This document shows, piece by piece, positions 10,067-16,674 of a stretch of 64,000 nucleotides of DNA (within the stretch, counting starts at the first letter, position 1; each line of letters starts with the position of its first letter). The notes beneath the pieces were generated by a model. That model worked only from the letters and a program-made list of their open reading frames with translations. It did not search any database and was not told the DNA's origin. A program made the position numbers and the translations under genes. The DNA is taken from NCBI GenBank assembly GCA_965263065.1, contig CBDHGH010000003.1, forward strand, positions 1,796,537 through 1,860,536, given 5' to 3'. The DNA comes from Dehalococcoidia bacterium (GTDB lineage: Bacteria > Chloroflexota > Dehalococcoidia > Bin125).

Positions 10067-10669
10067 GTGGCAAAGTTCAGCGCGACGCAGAAGTACGCCC
10101 TCGTTGTGGGAGTGGTGGTGATCGTCGCCATCGTCTTCCTGATCATCAGCGGCACCTTCAATCTCGGCTCCGGCGACGACACCCCCGACGACCCCCTCGC
10201 CGTGGGCGCGGAGCAGGCCGAGCCCGACGAGGACGAGGCGGATGACCGCCCGCCCCCGGCCGCTGGCCGCCAGGCCATGGACCGCGCCTTCCAGTTCGGC
10301 GACCTGCGCGTCATCGTCACCGACTTGGAGATCAGCGACAGCGTCGGCCATGAGGGCGATGAGACCCTCGCGACGGAGCGCTTCGCGCGCGTCCAGTTCT
10401 CCGCCCGCAACACCGGCTCGGCGCCTCTGCTGCTCGACGGCGCCCTCGGCCTGATCGACGCGAACGGGCGCAGCTTCAGCCCGAACGTCGCCGCGACCGA
10501 GAACGCCGCCCGCATCGACGCCGAGTACGGCGACGCCCTCATGCTGCACCTCCAGCCCGGCATCCTCACCGACCTGGTCGTCGTCTTCGACGTCCCGCAC
10601 GACGGCTTCGGCTTCCGGCTGCGCATCAAGGGCGGCTTCGTCGATGTCGAACTGCACCTCGATCAGTGA
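10067..10669 (+). CDS. DUF4352-like membrane-anchored protein
   Basis: N-terminal TM anchor, acidic linker and a beta-rich C-domain resembling DUF4352 lipoprotein-like domains. Confidence 0.55.
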   Translation: MAKFSATQKYALVVGVVVIVAIVFLIISGTFNLGSGDDTPDDPLAVGAEQAEPDEDEADDRPPPAAGRQAMDRAFQFGDLRVIVTDLEISDSVGHEGDETLATERFARVQFSARNTGSAPLLLDGALGLIDANGRSFSPNVAATENAARIDAEYGDALMLHLQPGILTDLVVVFDVPHDGFGFRLRIKGGFVDVELHLDQ

Positions 10670-11376
10670 GCCCCGGCCCGCCGCTCCCCCGCCGCATCCT
10701 GCTCTTCGACATCGACGGCACGTTGCTGATCAGCAGCGGCGCCGGGCGCAGGGCCTTGGACCACGTCTTCCGGCAGTGCTTCGGCCTGCCCGCCGAGGCC
10801 CGCCCGACGGCCGGCATCGACTTCGCCGGCGCGAGCGACCTGCGGGTGGTGCGCGAGGTCTATCGCGAGCACGGCCGCGCCTGCGGCCGGGCCGAGCAGG
10901 AGCGCTTCGTCTCGCTCTTCGCCGCGGCGCTGCGGACCACGCTGGCGTCGCGAGAGGGGCGCCCGCTGCCCGGCGTCGTGCCGCTCCTCGACCGGCTGCG
11001 CGCGGCGCCCGTGCTGCTGGCGCTGGGCACCGGCAACTTCCGGCGCACGGCGTTCGTGAAGCTGGCCCACTTCGGCCTCGACGGCTACTTCGACCCCGGT
11101 GCCGGCGGCGGCGCCTTCGGCGACGACGGCGCCACCCGCCCCGAGTTCCTCGCCGCCGGCCTCGCGCGCGTGCGCCCGCGGGCTGCCCCGGACGCGGAGG
11201 TCGTCGTCATCGGCGACACCCCGCTCGACGTCCAGGGCGGGCGATCGATCGGGGCGCGCGTCGTCGCCGTCGCGACCGGCTTCTCCCCCCGCGACGCCCT
11301 CGCCGCCGCCGCCCCCGACGTCCTGCTCGACGATCTCAGCGACCTCGACGCCGCCCTGCAGGCGATCCTCGGCTGA
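10666..11376 (+). CDS. HAD-superfamily hydrolase (phosphoglycolate phosphatase-like)
   Basis: Has the LFDIDGTL motif I and the GDTPLDVQGG motif IV. It overlaps the upstream gene by 4 nt. Confidence 0.8.
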   Translation: MSPGPPLPRRILLFDIDGTLLISSGAGRRALDHVFRQCFGLPAEARPTAGIDFAGASDLRVVREVYREHGRACGRAEQERFVSLFAAALRTTLASREGRPLPGVVPLLDRLRAAPVLLALGTGNFRRTAFVKLAHFGLDGYFDPGAGGGAFGDDGATRPEFLAAGLARVRPRAAPDAEVVVIGDTPLDVQGGRSIGARVVAVATGFSPRDALAAAAPDVLLDDLSDLDAALQAILG

Positions 11377-11415
11377 GCGCGTCCGGCCCCGCTGCGCCGG
11401 GTTAGTGGAACCGGG

Positions 11416-11724
11416 CTAGTGGAAGAAGGCGCAGGCCTGCATCTCCGACGGCGGGTAGCTGATCCCGCTGCCCGGGTGCAGGCACGTCCCGCCCGACGGC
11501 CCGTCGAGCAGCCCGGCCCGCGGAACCCACTCGGCGCAGCGGCCACAGGTCGGCGTCGGCGCGGGCGCCTCGCTCACCGGGGCCACGGCCGGCTCCGGCC
11601 ACGCCGCGATCGCGTCGTCCCCCGCCGCCGCCCCGCGACCGCTGCCCGGGCGCCCGCCCTTGGGCCGATAGAAGCGACGCGGATGCTGGCCGCTGCTGCG
11701 TCCTTTGCGATTCTTTCGCCCCAT
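11416..11724 (-). CDS. small cysteine-rich hypothetical protein (102 aa)
   Basis: ATG at 11724 is preceded by a strong GAGGAGG Shine-Dalgarno 5 nt upstream. Product MGRKNRKGRSS...CGRCAEW...GGTCLHPGSGISYPPSEMQACAFFH. It is the C-terminal frame of listed ORF 11416..12291, whose N-terminal 190 aa look non-coding. Confidence 0.4.
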   Translation of the reverse strand: MGRKNRKGRSSGQHPRRFYRPKGGRPGSGRGAAAGDDAIAAWPEPAVAPVSEAPAPTPTCGRCAEWVPRAGLLDGPSGGTCLHPGSGISYPPSEMQACAFFH

Positions 11725-11741
11725 CGCGCCTCCTCTGCCCG

Positions 11742-12260
11742 TCAGCCCCGGCGCAGCGCGTAGCGGTCGGCCGAGATCAGCCGCTCCAGCGCCGACGCCC
11801 AGCGGTCCCGCACCAACGACTTCGCCCGCGCGCTGCGCTGTCCCCGGTTGTTGCGCGACCCCCGCCCTCCCCACAACCAGGTGCGCATCCGCGACGAATG
11901 ATCGGGCAACGGCGTCCGGTCCGTGATCCGCGCCCAGCGCACGCGCAGGCGGACCCGGCGCTCCTGCCCGTCGGCGTCGTAGTGCACGTCGAGGTCGGCG
12001 TTGCCGTACGGCTCGAGCTTGCGGATCGCCGTCGGCGGCACGTGCAGCAACTCCGCCCCGTCCCCGTCGACGAACCGGATGCCCGACAGCGACAGCCGCA
12101 GCGCCCCGTGCCGCGAGCGCAACGGCCCCCGCGCGACCAGCGTCGCCACGTCCTCCGTCGGGAGTTCCATCGGGATCAACTGGGAGACGTCGGCGCCGCA
12201 GCGATGGCACGTGCGCCGCCCGTCGAACGTCTCCTGGTGGCAGGCCGGGCAGATCTTCAC
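11742..12260 (-). CDS. zinc-ribbon domain hypothetical protein
   Basis: N-terminal CPACHQETFDGRRTCHRCG zinc ribbon plus a PH/DUF-like domain. It competes with the overlapping 291-aa ORF, which has a Gly/Arg-rich non-coding character. Confidence 0.55.
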   Translation of the reverse strand: MKICPACHQETFDGRRTCHRCGADVSQLIPMELPTEDVATLVARGPLRSRHGALRLSLSGIRFVDGDGAELLHVPPTAIRKLEPYGNADLDVHYDADGQERRVRLRVRWARITDRTPLPDHSSRMRTWLWGGRGSRNNRGQRSARAKSLVRDRWASALERLISADRYALRRG

Positions 12261-12323
12261 GCCGCCAGTGTAGGTCGGCGTCGGACCCCACCGCTGCCGC
12301 CGGCGCAGGCCGCCCCGCGACGC

Positions 12324-12983
12324 CTAGTTGCGCGCCCCCAGACCGTCGAGCTTGAACCGCCGCCGGACCGCCAACTGCTCCCGCAGCGACTGATTCGCCA
12401 CTTCCAGCAGCCGCAGCCCGATCTCCAAGCGGGTCGACACCCGTGGCGCTTCCAGGACGGCCTGCTTCTGCTCGGCCGGCGCCGGGATGCCGGCCGCCAC
12501 GGCGTCGGCCAGGCGCACCGGGTCGGCCGGCGTGCGCAGCCGCCGCTGCCAGCCGCCCTCCATCGCCAGCGCGAGCCCCAGGTGGTCCTGGAACAGCGCC
12601 CCCACGTCCGCCGCCAACTCCGCCGCCTCCTCGTCGCCGGCGTCGGTGGGCGGCGGCAGAAACTCGACTTCCGCCCGCAGGTACGGCGCCTCCTCCAGCG
12701 CTTGCACGATCCGATAGCGCCGCGTCCCCGAGCAGATCACGTTGTAGCGACCGCCCGGCGCCTCCTGCAGCTCCGTGATGCGCACCGCGCAGCCGACCTC
12801 GCGCGGGACCGCGCCGCCCCCGACCTCGCGCCCGCTCTCGATCAGCGCGATGCCGAACTCGCCCTCATCGCGCATCACGTCGGCGACCAGTCGCAGGTAG
12901 CGCGGCTCGAAGATGTGCAGCGGCAACTGCTGGCCCGGGAAGACCACCGTGTTGAGCGGGAAGATCGGCATCACCGTCGGCAT
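12324..12983 (-). CDS. LON N-terminal substrate-binding domain protein
   Basis: PIFPLNTVVFPGQQLPLHIFEPRY is the hallmark of the Lon protease N-domain (stand-alone LON domain protein). Confidence 0.8.
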   Translation of the reverse strand: MPTVMPIFPLNTVVFPGQQLPLHIFEPRYLRLVADVMRDEGEFGIALIESGREVGGGAVPREVGCAVRITELQEAPGGRYNVICSGTRRYRIVQALEEAPYLRAEVEFLPPPTDAGDEEAAELAADVGALFQDHLGLALAMEGGWQRRLRTPADPVRLADAVAAGIPAPAEQKQAVLEAPRVSTRLEIGLRLLEVANQSLREQLAVRRRFKLDGLGARN

Positions 12984-13080
12984 CGGCGTCCTCCTGCGAC
13001 CGCTGGCGCGGGCATGGTAGGGCGGCCCCCGTCGCGATGCGAGGCCCGGCCCAGAGCGCCGTCGCCGCCGGCCTGCGCCC

Positions 13081-13962
13081 CTACGAGATCACCTTGTTGA
13101 GCGGATACGAGACGAAGCCGCTGGCCCCCGCCTTCTGCAGCGCCGGGATGATCTCCCGCTCGATGCGCTCGTCGAGGATCAGCTCCAGCGCGACCCACAA
13201 CTCGTCGCTGAGCGGGCTGACCGTCGGCGAGTGCTCGCCGTACTGCCCGATCAAGGCCAGCACCGCGTCTAATTCGCTGCGCGGCACGTTCAGCTTCAGC
13301 CCCACCTTGCTGCGCGCCGCGATCGCGCCCTGCAGCAGCATGTCCAGCGCCTCGATCTTGTGGCGCCGCGCCGGGTCGGCCCAGGCCTCGTGGCTGGCGA
13401 TGAAGCGCGTCGTGCTGACCAGCACCTCGTCGATCACGCGCAGGTTGTTCGCCCGCAGGCTCGAGCCCGTCTCCGTGCAGTCGACGATGCCGTCCAGCAG
13501 GCGCGCCTTGATCTCCGTCGCGCCCCAGCTGAACTCCACCCGCACGTCGATCCCGCGCTCCTCGAAGTAGCGCCGCGTCACGCCGACGAGTTCCGTCGCC
13601 ACGATGCCGCCCTGCAGGTCTTCCGGACGCTGCAGGGGGCTCTCGTTGGGCACCGCCAGCACCCAGCGCACCGGACGGCTCGTCGAGCGGCTGTAGCGCA
13701 GCTCGCTCACCTCGTGCACGTCCACGCCGTTCTCGCGCACCCAGTCGTGCCCCGTGATCCCGCAGTCGATCACGCCGTCGGCCGTGTAGCGCGCCATCTC
13801 CTGGGCGCGGAACATCAGACACGCGATCTCCGGGTCGTCGATCGTCGGCACGTACGACCGCGACGGCACGTCGATCTCGAATCCGGCGTGGCGGAACAGA
13901 TCGATCGTCGCGTCCTGCAGCGACCCCTTGGGCAATCCCAGCTTGAGAATCGGATCCGCCAT
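13081..13962 (-). CDS. hisG: ATP phosphoribosyltransferase (long form)
   Basis: MADPILKLGLPKGSL start with a GGAGGA RBS 8 nt upstream. HisG catalytic and C-terminal regulatory domains. The listed ORF start at 14073 is an upstream extension. Confidence 0.9.
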   Translation of the reverse strand: MADPILKLGLPKGSLQDATIDLFRHAGFEIDVPSRSYVPTIDDPEIACLMFRAQEMARYTADGVIDCGITGHDWVRENGVDVHEVSELRYSRSTSRPVRWVLAVPNESPLQRPEDLQGGIVATELVGVTRRYFEERGIDVRVEFSWGATEIKARLLDGIVDCTETGSSLRANNLRVIDEVLVSTTRFIASHEAWADPARRHKIEALDMLLQGAIAARSKVGLKLNVPRSELDAVLALIGQYGEHSPTVSPLSDELWVALELILDERIEREIIPALQKAGASGFVSYPLNKVIS

Positions 13963-14095
13963 CGTCGTGTCCTCCGTCGTTCGCGGGCCTCCGTCACCGG
14001 GCCCCTGCCGGCCGGGCCCCTGCAGGCCGGGCCACTGGCGCCGGATCACATTCGCCACAGCGCAGAGTGCCATACAGCCCGTGCGCGAGCGAGAC

Positions 14096-14155
14096 GCCGC
14101 TTGACGCCCTGCCGCTTGACGCCCCGCCGCTTGACGCCCCGCCGCTTAACGATGG
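14096..14155. repeat. four tandem 15-bp iterons GCCGCTTGACGCCCC (last copy degenerate)
   Basis: Direct tandem copies at 14096, 14111, 14126 and 14141 in the divergent hisG/VIT intergenic region. Each carries a TTGACG -35-like hexamer. A TACGAT -10-like box lies at 14182-14187, just before the VIT start. Confidence 0.6.
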
Positions 14156-14193
14156 TCCCGGCCCCGTCGCCGCCCGTCCGGTACGATCACGCC

Positions 14194-15303
14194 ATGACCG
14201 CGACGAGCACGGACCAGGATCGCGAGGCGCGCCTGCGCGAGATGCTCGCCGACGAGCTCGACACCGCCTGGCTCTACGACACCCTCGCCGATCACGCCCG
14301 CAACCCCAACGAGGCCGACACCCTCCACGAACTCGCCGAGGCCGAGCGCCGCCACGCCCAGCATTGGGCCGAGCGCCTCGACGATCCCTCCCTGATTGGC
14401 GGCCCCGTCCGGCCCGCCTGGCGCACGCGCGGGCTCGTGCTCATGGCCCGCGTCGCCGGCGTGGGCGCCGTGCTCCCGCGTCTGCGCGCCGCCGAGCTCG
14501 ACGACATCCGCCGCTACCAGGCCGAGCCGGAGGCCGGCGGCCTCGCCGCCGAGGAGATCGAGCACCGCGAGACCCTGACCGCGCTCGCCGCCGGCGACCG
14601 CCTCGGCGAGGGCGACCACGGCTTCGCCTCGGCCGACACCGCCACCACCTTCCGCGCCGCCCTGTTCGGCCTCAACGACGGCATCGTCTCCAACCTCAGC
14701 CTCATCGCCGGCGTCGCCGGCGCCGCCATCCAGAGCGACGCCGTGCTCATCGCCGGCATCGCCGGCTGGCTCGCGGGCGCGTTCTCGATGGGCGCCGGCG
14801 AGTACATCTCCGTGCGCAGCCAGCGCGAACTCTTCGAGCACCAGATCGCCCGCGAGCGGCTGGAACTCGAACTCGCCCCCGAGGAGGAGCGCGCCGAACT
14901 GCTCGCCATCTACCGCCGCAAGGGCGTCTCTGCCGACGTCGCCCGGCGCCTCGTCGATGAGATGATGGCCAACCCCGAGGTCGCCCTCGACACCCTGGCG
15001 CGCGAGGAGCTCGGCCTCGACCCGGCCGCCCTGGGATCGCCCTGGCGCGCCGCCGCCGGCTCCTTCGTGGCCTTCTCCCTGGGCGCGATCGTGCCGGTGA
15101 TCCCGTTCCTGGCCGGCTCCGGCTACTGGGCGCTGGCCGCCGCCATCATCGCCGGCGTCGCCACCCTGGGCGTCGCTGGCGTGTTCACCTCGCTGCTCAC
15201 CGGGCGGCACCCGCTCTACGCGGCCGGACGCATGATCCTCATCGGCCTGGCCGCCACCGCCGTCACCTTCGCCATCGGCTCCGTCATCCCGATCGATCTC
15301 TGA
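14194..15303 (+). CDS. VIT1/CCC1-family iron/manganese transporter with N-terminal erythrin (ferritin-like) domain
   Basis: N-terminal rubrerythrin-like region (EAERRHAQHW, EIEHRE) and a C-terminal VIT membrane domain (LNDGIVSNLSLIAGVAGA, GAGEYISV). The listed ORF 13360..15303 has a spurious 5' extension. Confidence 0.85.
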   Translation: MTATSTDQDREARLREMLADELDTAWLYDTLADHARNPNEADTLHELAEAERRHAQHWAERLDDPSLIGGPVRPAWRTRGLVLMARVAGVGAVLPRLRAAELDDIRRYQAEPEAGGLAAEEIEHRETLTALAAGDRLGEGDHGFASADTATTFRAALFGLNDGIVSNLSLIAGVAGAAIQSDAVLIAGIAGWLAGAFSMGAGEYISVRSQRELFEHQIARERLELELAPEEERAELLAIYRRKGVSADVARRLVDEMMANPEVALDTLAREELGLDPAALGSPWRAAAGSFVAFSLGAIVPVIPFLAGSGYWALAAAIIAGVATLGVAGVFTSLLTGRHPLYAAGRMILIGLAATAVTFAIGSVIPIDL

Positions 15304-15667
15304 CGCCCGCGCCGTCGCGCCGGCGCGTGAGCGCCCCCTGTGGCCGAAACAAGCCGTGTGGTCGAAGGAGGCCGTGTGCTGGAAAGACGAAGCCCCGCCA
15401 GGGAGGGCGGGGCTTCAGTCCGGGAATAGGTCGCAACGCGGATTGCGGTCCATCCCCAATTGCTCAGGCATGAAGATCATATAGCATTCGACCCCCTATC
15501 GTCATCCCCGCCGGGCCGTCGCGATCGTATGGCAGATGACAGAAGCCCCGCCGATCGGGGCGGGGCGTCAGTCGTCGGGACGGCCCGAATAGCTGACTGC
15601 GATCCATCGAACCCTCTAAGGCCTCCCGGATTCTACGATCACGCGGGAGCAAGTGCGCGTCGCGCAG

Positions 15668-15884
15668 AGAACAGGCCCCATTGCTGGGGCCGTATGCGGA
15701 CGAAAACGATATGTCTGTTGCGGCCGACAGCCAAGGCTACGGGCCATGTACGTGCGGCCCGACGAGCCGGCCGCTGGCATCCTACCAGCGACCCCGCCGC
15801 CCCGTCAAACCGGCTACCCCCGCTCGACCTCCACGCGCCCGAGCGACCCGTCCGCCGGCAGCAACGACTGCAGCGTCCCGCCGT
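15668..15884. repeat. direct repeat copy 1 (217 bp, about 90% identical to 16458..16674), with a decayed copy of the nuoG-like 3' end
   Basis: Aligns base-for-base with the 3' end plus downstream flank of the nuoG-like gene. The minus strand here reads MHGGTLQSLLPADGSLGRVEVERG*, a pseudo C-terminus of that gene. An internal GGCCCCATTGCTGGGGCC hairpin is also present. Confidence 0.7.
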
Positions 15885-15892
15885 GCATGACT

Positions 15893-16384
15893 CTAGCTCG
15901 GGTCCATCACCCGGACGGCGATCGCGTTCGACCGGAGGACGGAGCGATGGTCGCGAGCGATCGCGTTGAGGACCAACGTCTCTCCAACGCGCACATGGGC
16001 GTCCGGCTCGTGCGCTCCGAAGAAGAATGAATCTCTCTCGAAGCCCTCCACGCGCCAGACCTCCGGTACATGATCGCCTCGAACTTCCGCGATCGTGTGG
16101 TGCCACAGCAACTTGCACCGGCGCCGGCGCACCTCGAAGCGCAGATCCTCAAGATGAGTCACCGGTGCTTTGCTCGTGACTGTGACTTTGATGGTGCCGA
16201 TGATCGTCAAGTAACGGTCCTTCGGCGTCGGCGCGGCATAGATCGGCACGTTCGGGTGACGGTTGTGGCGCTTCTCTACCGCTTCGATGTGGATGCGTGG
16301 CTTCTCATGCTGCCCACTGTTCCAGCGCTCGACCGCCCAACGGAAGAGTGAAAGCGGTGCTAGGAGCAGGCCCAACCATTCCAT
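15893..16384 (-). CDS. hypothetical protein, 163 aa, N-terminal TM anchor, lower-GC insert
   Basis: MEWLGLLLAPLSLFRWAV... followed by a soluble domain with no family I can recognise. The body is visibly less GC-rich (about 58% by eye) than its surroundings. It sits exactly between the two 217-bp direct repeats. Confidence 0.5.
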   Translation of the reverse strand: MEWLGLLLAPLSLFRWAVERWNSGQHEKPRIHIEAVEKRHNRHPNVPIYAAPTPKDRYLTIIGTIKVTVTSKAPVTHLEDLRFEVRRRRCKLLWHHTIAEVRGDHVPEVWRVEGFERDSFFFGAHEPDAHVRVGETLVLNAIARDHRSVLRSNAIAVRVMDPS

Positions 16385-16457
16385 GTCCGAACTCCGTGAA
16401 GCCCCAGCAGCATGTCAGAGCCGAGACTGCGGGAACACCAAGTGCTCTCCGCGCAAA

Positions 16458-16674
16458 AGAACAGGCCCCATTGCTGGGGCCATATGCGGACGAAAACAAT
16501 ATCTGCGTTGTGGCGGGCCGCCGAAGCTGCGGGCCATGTACATGTGGCCCGACGAGCCGGCCGCTGGCATCGTATCAGCGCGTGAGATGACCCGTCAAAC
16601 CGACTACCCCCGCTCGACCTCCACGCGCCCGAGCGACCCGTCCGCCGGCAGCAGCGACTGCACCGCCCCGCCGT
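16458..16674. repeat. direct repeat copy 2 (contiguous with the authentic 3' end of the nuoG-like gene)
   Basis: Same 217-bp unit as 15668..15884. It covers the last roughly 23 codons of the 860-aa gene plus about 145 bp of its downstream flank. Confidence 0.7.

Noticed and set aside
11416-12291. Full 291-aa minus-strand ORF
   Set aside because: Its N-terminal 190 aa are Gly/Arg/Ala-rich and overlap the better-supported zinc-ribbon ORF 11742..12260 in another frame. Only its C-terminal 102 aa (with a strong SD) were kept.
13963-14095. GC-rich direct repeats (GGCCGGGCCCCTGC x2-3) in the hisG upstream region, considered as a his attenuator or leader
   Set aside because: There is no leader peptide with His codons and no obvious alternative terminator/antiterminator pairing. 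It is most simply a GC-rich simple repeat.
13360-14193. N-terminal 278 aa of listed ORF 13360..15303
   Set aside because: It runs antisense through hisG. The VIT protein clearly starts at MTATSTDQ (14194).
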